From Vicinamibacteria bacterium (GTDB taxonomy: Bacteria > Acidobacteriota > Vicinamibacteria > Fen-336), in NCBI GenBank assembly GCA_016934575.1, contig JAFGSN010000007.1, positions 528 to 64,527 of the forward strand: a stretch of 64,000 nucleotides of DNA, read 5' to 3'. Below, one piece after another: positions 40,841-50,013 of this stretch; positions within the stretch are counted from its first letter, which is position 1, and every line of letters begins with the position of its first letter. The notes beneath the pieces are model-generated. The model did not search any database, was not told the origin of the DNA, and was given only the letters and a program-made list of their open reading frames with translations. A program made the translations under genes and the position numbers.

Positions 40841-41923
40841 TTGACGGTCGCTTCGACCATGGGAACTCTCGCGATCGCACGCCGCACCGGCCGTGACGAC
40901 GACGAAATCGCGCGGCTCTATGGCGAAGTCTTCGGCCGCGACCTCGCCACGAGCAGCCGCCGGCGCTGGCGATGGCAGTATCTCGATAATCCGAATACCG
41001 GACCGGAAGGGCCGGAGATCTGGATCGCTCGCGACGGGAATCGTATCCTGGGCCAGTACGCCTCGATGCCGGTCAAGCTGTGGTGGAAAGATCGCGAGGC
41101 GCGCGCCTCGTGGGGAATGGACGTTTTCGTGACGGCGGAGGCTCGCGGACGCGGCGTGGGCGCGCGGCTTTTCACCGCCTGGGCCGATCATGTGGAAGTC
41201 GCTCTCGGCCTCGGTCTGACGCCGTCCTCACATGGCCTCTTCCGCAAGCTCGGATATGCCGACGTCGGACCCGTGCCCTTCTTCCAGAAAGTGCTCGATC
41301 CGCGACGCGTCGCGGATCGACGCTTTGGGCCGGGACTCGGCCGTATCGTCGCGCCGCTCGTCGGCCTGGCGTTGCGCGCAAGATTCCGCGATCGCCCCAT
41401 GATCCCGAGCCATGGGAGGCCGGCGGCGGACGTTCGAACCGTTACAACTTTTACGCCGGACTATGACGACCTGTGGGAAAGAACGCGCGGATCATACATG
41501 ATGTGCGCTCGGCGCGACGCCGCGTATCTCAACTGGAAGTACCGCGATTGTCCCCATCGTCGCTACGCTCTCTGGGAGGCCCGCGTGAATCGACGGCTCG
41601 TCGGATTTGCGGTGAGTCGGCATGAAATGCATCGCGATCTTCGACTCGGCTGGATCGTCGACCTCTTCACGGACGCGGGTGACGCGCACGCTCGAGACGC
41701 CCTGCTCGATGCGGTGATGCGGTCTTTCCGCGAAGCCGGGGTGGCCCGGGCCCAGTCCTTCAGCCTCGGGTTGCCGCTGGCCGCGAGTCTACGCCGGAGG
41801 GGGTTTTTTTCGGCGCGCTCGCCGATGCGTTTCTGCGTGCGCGCCAAGGCGCAGGCCGCCGAAGTCATCGCCGAAACCGAACGCTGGCACGTCGTCTTTG
41901 GCGACAGCGACATGGACCGCTGA
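40841..41923 (+). CDS. GNAT family N-acetyltransferase
   Basis: 360 aa. MDVFVTAEARGRGVGARLFTAWAD is the acetyl-CoA motif A (R/Q-x-x-G-x-G/A). A second GNAT-like half follows. Confidence 0.7.
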   Translation: MTVASTMGTLAIARRTGRDDDEIARLYGEVFGRDLATSSRRRWRWQYLDNPNTGPEGPEIWIARDGNRILGQYASMPVKLWWKDREARASWGMDVFVTAEARGRGVGARLFTAWADHVEVALGLGLTPSSHGLFRKLGYADVGPVPFFQKVLDPRRVADRRFGPGLGRIVAPLVGLALRARFRDRPMIPSHGRPAADVRTVTTFTPDYDDLWERTRGSYMMCARRDAAYLNWKYRDCPHRRYALWEARVNRRLVGFAVSRHEMHRDLRLGWIVDLFTDAGDAHARDALLDAVMRSFREAGVARAQSFSLGLPLAASLRRRGFFSARSPMRFCVRAKAQAAEVIAETERWHVVFGDSDMDR

Positions 41924-42011
41924 GCTGATGTGTTCACGTTCCGGGATGCCGCCTCTTGACGCTGAACACGGAGGCCGCGGGCGTCCCTGGCTTTGCATTG
42001 CGCGGCGTTGC

Positions 42012-42041
42012 GTTGTAGGCGGTCCAGGGGCCGTGATATAG
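42012..42041 (+). promoter_or_regulatory. possible promoter with extended -10 upstream of the MglA-like gene
   Basis: TTGTAG (42012-42017), an 18-nt spacer, then TGATATAGT (42033-42041). It is intergenic, about 55 nt before the ATG at 42095. Confidence 0.4.
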
Positions 42042-42094
42042 TGATTCAACGAAGAGAGGGCGCAACGATTCTCGGATTGCAGCGCTTGTGACTT

Positions 42095-43612
42095 ATGGTC
42101 CAGTTCAATTTCAGCGAACGGACCATCAAAGTAAAGGTGGTCTACTATGGACCCGCGCAGTCCGGCAAGACCACCAATCTCGAACAAATCCATCGCATAA
42201 CGGATCCCGGCGGCATGAACCGTCTGATTTCTCTCAACACCGCTCAGGACCGCACGCTCTTCTTCGACCTTCTTCCTTTCAGCCTGGGGGCGGTCTCGGG
42301 ATACGACCTCAAGATTCAGCTCTACACCGTTCCAGGGCAGGTGCAATACAACGCGACGCGACGGGTGGTGTTGGCTGGAGCTGACGCCGTCGTTTTCGTG
42401 GCGGACTCGAGACGTATCATGCAAAAGGAGAACGTCGCTTCCTTCGAGAACATGAAAGTCAATCTGCTTGCCAACCGCCTCGTTCCCGAAAAAATCCCTC
42501 TTGTCCTGCAATACAACAAACGCGATCTGCCCGAGCTTTTCGGCGAGACCGACCTCGACAAGGCGCTCAATCCTTGGCAACGACCGAGCTTCCCGGCCGT
42601 GGCCACCGAGGGCCAGGGCGTGATGGAGACGTTCACGGCCGTGGTCGTCGAGACGATCGGCGCCATCGCCGTGAAATACAACCTCAAGGAAAAGGGGCTC
42701 GATCCGGCGCGCGTGCCCGATCTGGTGCGTTCGGCCTTTGCCACCGTGAGGCAACAGGCCGCGCAGGCGCAACAGCAGACGCCTGCCGGCGGTTCTCCCA
42801 GACGACTCGTCGTGACCCAGGCGGCGGAATCCACGGCGGTCCAGGCGATGCCTTCTACGGGGGACGGTGGGTTGGTTTCCGAGGACCTGCTTCACAGGGC
42901 GATTCGTTCGAACGTCGAGCTTGCCGAAGCGCTCGGCGACGTCGTGCAGCAGATGAGCCAAGGGCTGGCCTCGATCCTCTCCCAGGCGGAGATCGGCACG
43001 CTCTATCGAGAGGACGCCAAGCGGATTCAGGCGTTGCAGAGCATTCGCGAGGATGCTCTGAAGTTGCGGGAAACCGTTCAGAGCCTTGGCGCGACCGTCG
43101 AGATGGCCGGCGGCACGCCGCCGCGGCCGTCCGTCAATCGTCCCGCTCCGGCGCGTTCGGCGCCGTCTCCGACGCCGGTGGACAACTTCGAGAAGACCAT
43201 CCACGACCTCGTGGCCAGCGCGCGAACGACGCTCGAAGATCGCGGCATCACGCTCGATCTTCGCGTGGCGCCGCGCAGCCCGTCCCCGACGGGAGACTTC
43301 CGCCGCGCCGTGAGCGCTCTGCTTCGCGCCGTGTCGGACACGGCGTCGCCCGGCTCTGCCGCGATGCGCTGCGAGAGAAAACCGGTGCTCTTGCGAACGA
43401 GCGCCGGCGAAGTGCGACGCGATTTCCTCATGATCGCCCTGGCCCATTCCGGAGGCCTTCCAGCTCAAGAACAACAACGCGTCCTGCAAGGAGCCGGGAG
43501 CGGATCCACGGCCGAAGCACATCGCATCGTGAGAGAGATGGGCGGGTTTCTCCGATTTGCGCCGCTCTCGAGCGGCGGTCTCGAAACACGTATTTTTCTT
43601 CCCGTCGTCTGA
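42095..43612 (+). CDS. MglA-type Ras-like GTPase fused to a degenerate histidine-kinase-like (DHp + CA) module
   Basis: Residues 1-195 contain VKVVYYGPAQSGKTTNL (P-loop), DRTLFFD (switch I), LYTVPGQ (the MglA-specific G3) and YNKRD (G4). The C-terminal half aligns by eye to the HK at 11419-13692. EALGDVVQQMSQGLASIL aligns with [18 protein letters not shown] (His to Gln). LLRAVSDTA aligns with NLAVNARDA (Asn lost). LAHSGGL aligns with VTDTGVGM (Asp lost). The tail HRIVREMGGFLRF..GLETRIFLP is conserved. Confidence 0.8.
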   Translation: MVQFNFSERTIKVKVVYYGPAQSGKTTNLEQIHRITDPGGMNRLISLNTAQDRTLFFDLLPFSLGAVSGYDLKIQLYTVPGQVQYNATRRVVLAGADAVVFVADSRRIMQKENVASFENMKVNLLANRLVPEKIPLVLQYNKRDLPELFGETDLDKALNPWQRPSFPAVATEGQGVMETFTAVVVETIGAIAVKYNLKEKGLDPARVPDLVRSAFATVRQQAAQAQQQTPAGGSPRRLVVTQAAESTAVQAMPSTGDGGLVSEDLLHRAIRSNVELAEALGDVVQQMSQGLASILSQAEIGTLYREDAKRIQALQSIREDALKLRETVQSLGATVEMAGGTPPRPSVNRPAPARSAPSPTPVDNFEKTIHDLVASARTTLEDRGITLDLRVAPRSPSPTGDFRRAVSALLRAVSDTASPGSAAMRCERKPVLLRTSAGEVRRDFLMIALAHSGGLPAQEQQRVLQGAGSGSTAEAHRIVREMGGFLRFAPLSSGGLETRIFLPVV

Positions 43613-43645
43613 ACGAGCTCCCAGTCGATTCGAAACCCTTTTCTG

Positions 43646-43675
43646 TTGACACGCCAACCGGGCGCAACTTACTAT
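43646..43675 (+). promoter_or_regulatory. sigma70-type promoter for the FadL-like/GDSL gene pair
   Basis: TTGACA (43646-43651), an 18-nt spacer, then TACTAT (43670-43675). GGAGG at 43711-43715 precedes the start. Confidence 0.45.
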
Positions 43676-43716
43676 CTGTTGGGCCAAAGTGTCAGCCGAG
43701 CCCAATTAGTGGAGGT

Positions 43717-45042
43717 ATGGACATGCCCAGCCTAGCAGAGAGCCGACCTCGATTCGCCATCATCTTGGCGGGGCTGATGCTCGTCTTTGTCCAGAGCGCT
43801 CTTGCCGGCGGCTTTTCGATTTCCGAGCAAGGCGTCCGCTCGATGGGCATGGGCGGCGCGTTTCTTTACGATGAGAATGATCCTGCGGGCATTTTTGATA
43901 ATGTCGCGTCCATCGCTTTTGTCCGGCATCCCTCGTTCATGCTGGGCGGACACGTTGGCTGGACGCGCGTCACGCTGGCCGGGCAGGATGCATTTCCCGG
44001 CGCGGCGGCGGAAGAGAGCTGGGCGAATACCCTGAGGCTTAAACCCGTGGCAAGCTACGTCCAGCCTCTTGGCGCGCGTTTGACGGTAGGCGTCGGCGTA
44101 CGCACGCCCTTTCACCATGCGGCGAGTTGGTCGGACCCGGAAACGTTCAGCGGACGCTTTATAGCGCAGGAAGCCCGGATAATCTCCCGGGAGATCACGC
44201 CGACCGTTGGTTATCGACTCGCCGATCGACTCGCCATTGGAGCCGGGATCGGTATCCACTATGCAAGCCTGGATCTTCATCGAAGTCTTCCCGCCGTCAA
44301 TCCGTTCGACTTTACCGTCGTGGACGTCGCTGCGCTTCACGCCGGGAGCGACACGGCTTCGGCCGTGAGTTGCCGCGCGGGACTTGTGGCGGAATTCGCG
44401 AACGGCGTTGCCCTGACCTTCGCTTATGACAGCCGCGCGCAGATCGAGATCGAGGGCGCCGGCGCGATCACTCGCCTGCAAACGGCGAACGCGGAGCTCG
44501 ACAACCGGATGGCGCTGCTTATGCCGGCGGCCTCCGTTCCGTTCCAGTCCGTCTTGCGCCTTCCGGCGCAAATCGGCGGCACGCTGAGTTATCGCGGAGA
44601 CGATTGGGGCGCCGTCGCCGACGTGCGGTTGCAGCGATGGTCCGCGCTTCAAGAGTTGAGCCTCGTTTTTGCCGAAAGCCAGCCGCCCTCTTCGGAGCCA
44701 CCCGCGTTCGATGCGAAGCTTCTTCAAGGCTTCGAGAACGTCTTGCAGTTGCGTTTCGGCGTTGAGCGACAGGTGAGAACCGAGTGGAAGCTGCGCGCTG
44801 GATTCGCTTACGATCCGACGCCGGCGCCGATCGACTCGATCTCTCCGGCCTTCACCGACGCCAATCGTTACTGCGCAACCATCGGCGCCACGTGGAGCCG
44901 CCAGAATCTTCGCATCGACATGGCGCAGGCCATCCAGTTCTTCGCTGAACGCCGCACTGAGGGCATGAATCCGGAGGGGTACGATGGAAGCTACAAGAGC
45001 TTCAGGGCGATTCTCGGGCTGTCGTTGGGCTATCGGTTCTGA
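43717..45042 (+). CDS. outer membrane transport protein (OMPP1/FadL/TodX family)
   Basis: Only the 3' part of track ORF 42574..45042 is used. MDMPSLAESRPRFAIILAGLMLVFVQSALAGGFSISEQGVRSMGMGGAF is a signal peptide plus the FadL N-terminal motif. The C-terminus ends in ..LGLSLGYRF (beta-barrel terminal Phe). The second ATG at 43723 is also possible. Confidence 0.8.
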   Translation: MDMPSLAESRPRFAIILAGLMLVFVQSALAGGFSISEQGVRSMGMGGAFLYDENDPAGIFDNVASIAFVRHPSFMLGGHVGWTRVTLAGQDAFPGAAAEESWANTLRLKPVASYVQPLGARLTVGVGVRTPFHHAASWSDPETFSGRFIAQEARIISREITPTVGYRLADRLAIGAGIGIHYASLDLHRSLPAVNPFDFTVVDVAALHAGSDTASAVSCRAGLVAEFANGVALTFAYDSRAQIEIEGAGAITRLQTANAELDNRMALLMPAASVPFQSVLRLPAQIGGTLSYRGDDWGAVADVRLQRWSALQELSLVFAESQPPSSEPPAFDAKLLQGFENVLQLRFGVERQVRTEWKLRAGFAYDPTPAPIDSISPAFTDANRYCATIGATWSRQNLRIDMAQAIQFFAERRTEGMNPEGYDGSYKSFRAILGLSLGYRF

Positions 45043-45058
45043 GCGTCGCGCGCGACGC

Positions 45059-46342
45059 ATGGCGTCGGCGGCGGCAGCGCTCTATTTCGTGCTTGCCGGT
45101 CCGCTCGCCGTAAGCGCACAGGTCGACTTCAGTGTCTATGTGGCCCTCGGAGACAGCCTGAGCGCGGGCATGGTATCCAACGCGCTCGTGGAGACGCATC
45201 AAGTCTTTTCTTTCCCGGCGCAGATCGCGCGACAGGCCGGAGTCAATGAATTCCAGCAGCCCCTCGTCTCTCCGCCCGGGATCTACGCCGAGTTGGGGCT
45301 CACCCGGTATTTTCCGTTTCCCTATGTCATTCTGCCCATTTCCGATGAGATTGGTCATCCCGTGAACGATTCGTTCGTCGGGCCGTTCAATAATCTCGGC
45401 GTTCCCGGCGCGACCGTGATGGACGTCATCGATCGCACCGGCGCATCGAACGGTTTCTTCAAGCTTGTCTTACGTGACATCGGTCCGGCGCTGGCTCAGG
45501 CCGTGAACTTGCGTCCCACGCTGGTGACGTTGTGGATCGGATCCAACGACGTCCTTGGGGCGGCGACGACAGGACGCGCCGTCGACGGACTGACGTTGAC
45601 TCCCGCCGGCGATTTTCGCGCCCGTTTCGAGCAGGTCCTGCAAACGCTCAAGGCCTCCGGCGCGCAGGTTGTCGTCGCCAACCTTATCGATGTCACCTCG
45701 ATTCCGTTCGTCGCCACGGTCAAGCCCTACGCCGTCGATCCGGCAACCGGCGATCCGATGCTCGTCAACGACGAGCGAGTGCCATTGATCGGACCGACGG
45801 GGACGCCACTGCCCTCCAATGCGTTCGTCACGTTGGCGGCGACCCGTTTACTGGCGAACGGCGACGGAATCCCTTCGGCCGCCGGAGGCCGGGGCACTCC
45901 GCTACCCGACGAAGTCGTGCTCGATCCGAACGAGACGGCGATCATCCGCGAAAGAATCGCCGAGAACAATCGCGCCATTGCGCAGGCCTGCGACGCCGAG
46001 AGCGTCCCGCTCGTCGACCTCCACGCTTTCTCGCGCGAAATCTCCACCACGGGCCGCGTGGTCGGCGGCGTCCAGATGACGAACGCCTTCCTCACCGGCG
46101 GGGTCTACAGTTATGACGGCATCCATCCGACCGAGCTTGGATACGCCCTGATTGCGAACGAATGGATCAGGGCGCTGAACGCTCGGGGCGCTTCCTTGCC
46201 GCTCGTCGATCTTTCACCATGGATGGGACGGCAGGATCAGAGTCCCGGCTTCCTGGCGGCGTCACGCGCCGCTTATGTGCCTTTTGTTTTCAGCGAAGAG
46301 GCCTACCGCCGGTTGCTAGCGATTTTCGGCCCGATCCGCTGA
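45059..46342 (+). CDS. secreted SGNH/GDSL hydrolase family lipase/esterase
   Basis: Signal peptide MASAAAALYFVLAGPLAVSAQ. Block I YVALGDSLSAG, block III LWIGSNDVLG and block V DGIHPT are present. The ORF opens at 44984. Confidence 0.8.
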   Translation: MASAAAALYFVLAGPLAVSAQVDFSVYVALGDSLSAGMVSNALVETHQVFSFPAQIARQAGVNEFQQPLVSPPGIYAELGLTRYFPFPYVILPISDEIGHPVNDSFVGPFNNLGVPGATVMDVIDRTGASNGFFKLVLRDIGPALAQAVNLRPTLVTLWIGSNDVLGAATTGRAVDGLTLTPAGDFRARFEQVLQTLKASGAQVVVANLIDVTSIPFVATVKPYAVDPATGDPMLVNDERVPLIGPTGTPLPSNAFVTLAATRLLANGDGIPSAAGGRGTPLPDEVVLDPNETAIIRERIAENNRAIAQACDAESVPLVDLHAFSREISTTGRVVGGVQMTNAFLTGGVYSYDGIHPTELGYALIANEWIRALNARGASLPLVDLSPWMGRQDQSPGFLAASRAAYVPFVFSEEAYRRLLAIFGPIR

Positions 46343-46406
46343 TCCAGAAAGACATCGACCCGTTCAACGCTCGTCAAGAGAGTCTTTTTCAAGAGATCGT
46401 CGATCG

Positions 46407-47243
46407 TCATGGACGCTCTCCCTGCGAGACGTGATCGCGCCGCTGGCGACTTCCGCGCATGAGGCGCCGGATCTCGTCGCGAGTCAGCCGTCTCCAGGCG
46501 CCCTGTGCAAGAAAGCCGAGACTCAGACCGGCCACGCTTACTCGCGTCAACGCGAGCACGTCGTGACCGACCATGGCGCACATACGTCGGATCTGCCGGT
46601 TCTTGCCTTCATGCAGAACGAACTCGATCCAACTCTGGCCGTCACGCGCGACTCCCAGATTTCTGACCGTCGCCGGGCGTGTCATCGTTCCGTCTTGCAG
46701 CGTCATGCCCTTTTGTAGACAGCGCAGCGCTCCTTGCGATGGAACGTCTCGAACACGAACGTGATAGACCTTGGGCACGCCTTGATCGGGATCGGCCAGA
46801 TTCACGCCCAGCCGATGATCGTTTGTCAAGATGAGAAGCCCTGAACTGTCGCGATCGAGCCGGCCGACCGGAAACACCCAGGTTTCCAGCCCGGACAGGA
46901 GATCGTAAACCGTCGGTCGATTCCGCGCATCGACGCGCGTGGTCACGACACCGGCCGGCTTGTGAAGAGCGATGACGACACGGTCACGCGGCGCGGCAAC
47001 CGGAACGCCGTCGATTGCGATGCGGTCATATGCCGGATGGACACGCGTCGCCGGATCGACGACTATGCGGTGCTCGACGGTGACGCGCGCGTCGCGAATC
47101 CAGCGCGCGGCCTCCCGGCGAGAGCAGACCCGGAGCCTTGACATGGCGCGCGCCAGCGATAGGCGGGAAGATGCGGTCAAAGGCTGCTTGAGGCTAGAGC
47201 TTTTACTGAACACGCGGTTTTGCCACACGATGGATATCGGCAT
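46407..47243 (-). CDS. pseudouridine synthase (RsuA/RluB family)
   Basis: An S4-like N-terminus (RLRVCSRREAARWIRDARVTVEH) is followed by the catalytic PVGRLDRDSSGLLILTND motif and KVYHVRV. The start is uncertain. The ORF opens at 47324. Confidence 0.85.
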   Translation of the reverse strand: MPISIVWQNRVFSKSSSLKQPLTASSRLSLARAMSRLRVCSRREAARWIRDARVTVEHRIVVDPATRVHPAYDRIAIDGVPVAAPRDRVVIALHKPAGVVTTRVDARNRPTVYDLLSGLETWVFPVGRLDRDSSGLLILTNDHRLGVNLADPDQGVPKVYHVRVRDVPSQGALRCLQKGMTLQDGTMTRPATVRNLGVARDGQSWIEFVLHEGKNRQIRRMCAMVGHDVLALTRVSVAGLSLGFLAQGAWRRLTRDEIRRLMRGSRQRRDHVSQGERP

Positions 47244-47409
47244 CGACCAGCCGCCCGCCCAAGCCTCGGCGCGCCGCCATGTTCGCGTACACATTGACGC
47301 GACTCGTTTCGTTCTCGGTCGCATCTTGTCCCTTTGCGCCTCTGCGGCTTCGCGTCTTGGCGTTCTTTCCCGTACGTACGTTACCTTGCCGACATCGCGG
47401 ATGGATGGC

Positions 47410-47868
47410 TCAGGAACGCTCGGCCAGAGCGAAGTTCATCTGCCCCTCGCATACGATCCTTCCGTCGACGCGCGCGACTCCCCGGAGAGTGCCCATCTTG
47501 CCGCGCAATCGCACCACGGTTCCTTCCAGGTACACCGAGTCTCCGGCCATGACCGGACGCCGGTATCGCACGCGATCAATGCCCATGAAATAAACCAGAC
47601 GGGAGCGGTTCTCGGGTTTGATGAGAATCAGCACTGCGCCGACCTGGGCCATGGCCTCGGTGAGAATCGTCGCCGGGAGGACAGGCAGGCCCCGCGGGCC
47701 GGTGATGAAATACCGATCGTTGGCCGAGACGTTCTTGATGCCCACGACCCGGCGGTCGGGCTCGAGCTCCACGATGCGGTCCACGTGCAGGAAGGGATGT
47801 CGGTGCGGCAGGATACGCTTGATGTCCTCGATCTCGAGCGGCAGTCGAATCTCGGGCGGATCGCTCAT
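47410..47868 (-). CDS. fabZ: 3-hydroxyacyl-ACP dehydratase FabZ
   Basis: 152 aa. Contains IKRILPHRHPFLHVDRIVELEP, ITGPRGLPVLPATILTEAMAQVG and a hot-dog fold tail. Confidence 0.95.
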   Translation of the reverse strand: MSDPPEIRLPLEIEDIKRILPHRHPFLHVDRIVELEPDRRVVGIKNVSANDRYFITGPRGLPVLPATILTEAMAQVGAVLILIKPENRSRLVYFMGIDRVRYRRPVMAGDSVYLEGTVVRLRGKMGTLRGVARVDGRIVCEGQMNFALAERS

Positions 47869-47974
47869 GGGACCGTCAGTTTACATCGTTTGGGCCGCCG
47901 GCGCGCGTGGTCCTGCCGCCGCATGTTAGTATTCATCATCAAAAACACCGTGGGTCGCCGAAAGGGGGGTCGCG

Positions 47975-48340
47975 ATGGAAGAGCCGAGCAGATCCGGTAG
48001 TGAACGGCCGGAAGGTCCCGAGCGCCGTAAGTATCCCCGATACATCGTCGATCTCGCGGTCCGTGTCACGGGCACTTTCGGCGCGTTCACGGGACGGGTG
48101 TGCGACATCTGTCGCGACGCGGTCTGGATCGAAAGCGAGAAGGATGTGGCGCCGGACGTGGACGTGGTGTTGTCGATCGAGTTCCCGGGAGAACGTTTCT
48201 CGGACGTCGGCGGGCGCGTGATTCGCACCGGACCCGGCGAGCGACAACCGCACGGCATGGCGGTGCTCTTCACGAGCGTCTCCCCGGCCACGACGACCGC
48301 AATAGATTTTTTCATCGCATCGCAATCAGACCCCGACTGA
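47975..48340 (+). CDS. PilZ domain protein (second c-di-GMP motif degenerate)
   Basis: ERRKYPRYIV matches RxxxR. The expected D/NxSxxG position reads DICRDA. 121 aa. Confidence 0.7.
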   Translation: MEEPSRSGSERPEGPERRKYPRYIVDLAVRVTGTFGAFTGRVCDICRDAVWIESEKDVAPDVDVVLSIEFPGERFSDVGGRVIRTGPGERQPHGMAVLFTSVSPATTTAIDFFIASQSDPD

Positions 48341-49415
48341 GAAGCCGGGACAGGATGCTCAAGACGTCATTCTCGGGAATGGGGCAGATCCCGAGAATCG
48401 AACGCACGCTCCACTCGCCGTTGATCCGCGAGAGCACGAAGCCTTCGCGTGGATCGAGCGACTCTTGCGTGAGATCCGCAAGCGCCCGCGCGAGAACAGG
48501 CACGCCGTCCAGATTCACTCCGCGCGGCGGCTCCCTGTCGTGCTCCTCGGCCAGGGCCAGCAGACCCTTCTTGGCATGCTGGTTGATCGGATCAAGGCGC
48601 AAGATTTCCTCGAATTCCTTGGCGGCGGCGGCGTGATCGCGTTGATCGATGCGGTCTTGTGCGCGTTTCAACAGACCGTCGATCACGCCGACCATGTCGG
48701 CCTCGGTCGACGGCGATCCCCCTCCGATGACGTCCAAGAGATTCCGCTCATGAAGCCGGAAGAGGATCACGGCCGTTTCGTACTCCGAGCGCCGTGTTTC
48801 GAGCGCGATCTCGGCCAGACTCATGCCGGACGCGGCCAGATCGAGCGCTTGGTCTTCAATAACGCTGGTCGTTCGTTTCTGCGGATCCGAGACGTGAAAC
48901 CGAACCCGAGCATGGGGCAGCGTACGCCGGATGCGCGTCCAGTCGTCCACGCGGCGAATCCCCTCGAGCACCAGCTCGGTGACGTTCAGGTCGACGTGAA
49001 CGGCGATTTCGTCCGGCAGATCGTTCTCAAGGAAATCGAATTGACCTTCAGCCCAGAGAAAGGCGTCATAAATGGACTCCTCGGCCTTGACCTGCAACAG
49101 CCCGCGCAGTTCCGTCGCAGTCAGCACGCCGTCCTCGATGAGGATCACTCCCAGAAGCCGCCCTTCGCGTTCCTGGCGCAACAGAGCTTCAAAGAGCTGC
49201 TGCTCCGTCAAGCGCCGGTCGCGTATGAGGAACTGGCCAAGCCGGTCGCGCGGGTGATTCGACCAGGAGGAGATGAGGCGCCCTTCGCGAAAAAGCAGCC
49301 GCTTCTCCACCGCGCGCCGCATCAGATGAAGGGTGCCGGTCTTGCGGCCCGTTCCGATCCACTGCAAGACGTCCGGCAGCGGCATCGTCACGAGATTCCC
49401 GGCGAGCGAACTCAC
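48312..49415 (-). CDS. DUF4388 (PATAN-like) domain protein
   Basis: The N-terminus LAGNLVTMPLPDVLQWIGTGRKTGTLHLMRRAVEKRLLFREGRLISSWSN is typical of DUF4388. Its 3' end overlaps the convergent PilZ gene by 29 nt. Confidence 0.7.
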   Translation of the reverse strand: MSSLAGNLVTMPLPDVLQWIGTGRKTGTLHLMRRAVEKRLLFREGRLISSWSNHPRDRLGQFLIRDRRLTEQQLFEALLRQEREGRLLGVILIEDGVLTATELRGLLQVKAEESIYDAFLWAEGQFDFLENDLPDEIAVHVDLNVTELVLEGIRRVDDWTRIRRTLPHARVRFHVSDPQKRTTSVIEDQALDLAASGMSLAEIALETRRSEYETAVILFRLHERNLLDVIGGGSPSTEADMVGVIDGLLKRAQDRIDQRDHAAAAKEFEEILRLDPINQHAKKGLLALAEEHDREPPRGVNLDGVPVLARALADLTQESLDPREGFVLSRINGEWSVRSILGICPIPENDVLSILSRLLSRGLIAMR

Positions 49416-49445
49416 GCGATCCGGCGCTCCCGATGCGTGCCTGTC

Positions 49446-49967
49446 TCAGGAAACCTGCCAGAAGATGTAGTCACGCCAGCTCTCCGGCGTGCGTTCGCGC
49501 GCGCACTGCCACGAAAAGACCGGATGAGTTGGAGGACGCCGCGGCCTGCGGATGAGACACAAACCCGCCTCCTCCGGCATTCGGTGGCCCTTCCGCCGAT
49601 TGCATGAGATACAGCACGTGACAATGTTATCCCAGCCTTTGTGCCCGCCGCAGGCTACGGGGATCACGTGATCGAACGTCAGCTCGGAGGCGGGAAAGCG
49701 TCCGCCGCAATACTGGCACCGATATTCGTCCCGAGCAAAGACGTTGCCGCGGGAGAAGGGAATGTCGGCGTAGCGTCGTTTCAGTCGGACGTGACGGAGC
49801 AAGCGCAGCACCGATGGGAGCCTGACCCGCACCGTGACGCCATGGATCTCCCGTTCGTAAACGGCGAGGACCTCGACCTTCCCCTGGAAGAGCAGCGTGA
49901 TGGCTTTTTGCCAGGAGACGACCCTGAGAGGCTCATAGGTCGCATTGAGAACGAGCGTCTGGTCCAT
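49446..49967 (-). CDS. HNH endonuclease family protein
   Basis: YRCQYCGGRFPASELTFDHVIPVACGGHKGWDNIVTCCISCNRRKG is an HNH motif with flanking CxxC zinc ligands. 173 aa. Confidence 0.85.
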   Translation of the reverse strand: MDQTLVLNATYEPLRVVSWQKAITLLFQGKVEVLAVYEREIHGVTVRVRLPSVLRLLRHVRLKRRYADIPFSRGNVFARDEYRCQYCGGRFPASELTFDHVIPVACGGHKGWDNIVTCCISCNRRKGHRMPEEAGLCLIRRPRRPPTHPVFSWQCARERTPESWRDYIFWQVS

Positions 49968-49984
49968 CGAACGAAACCCGCTGA

Positions 49985-50013
49985 ATTTTGCGACGCGGTG
50001 GAATGCCTGTCAA
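49985..50013 (-). promoter_or_regulatory. possible promoter for the HNH/DUF4388 genes, overlapping the argH stop
   Basis: On the minus strand: TTGACA (50013-50008), a 17-nt spacer, then CAAAAT (49990-49985). The HNH ATG follows at 49967, so the leader would be very short. Confidence 0.3.

Noticed and set aside
41789-45060. 638-aa and 442-aa minus-strand ORFs, and the 5' 380 codons of the 822-aa plus-strand ORF 42574..45042
   Set aside because: They overlap the MglA-like and FadL-like genes in other frames or on the other strand. Only the part of the 822-aa ORF from 43717 onward carries a signal peptide and the FadL motif. The rest reads as Arg/Gly-rich noise.
49714-49728. Sigma54-like TGGCAC-N5-TTCG motif
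   Set aside because: It lies inside the HNH coding region on the antisense strand. The -12 element is imperfect, and there is no downstream gene in that orientation.
49446-49967. HNH endonuclease as part of a restriction/defence system or mobile intron
   Set aside because: It is a stand-alone 173-aa HNH protein. It has no adjacent methyltransferase, ATPase, reverse transcriptase or repeat, and it is flanked by core genes.
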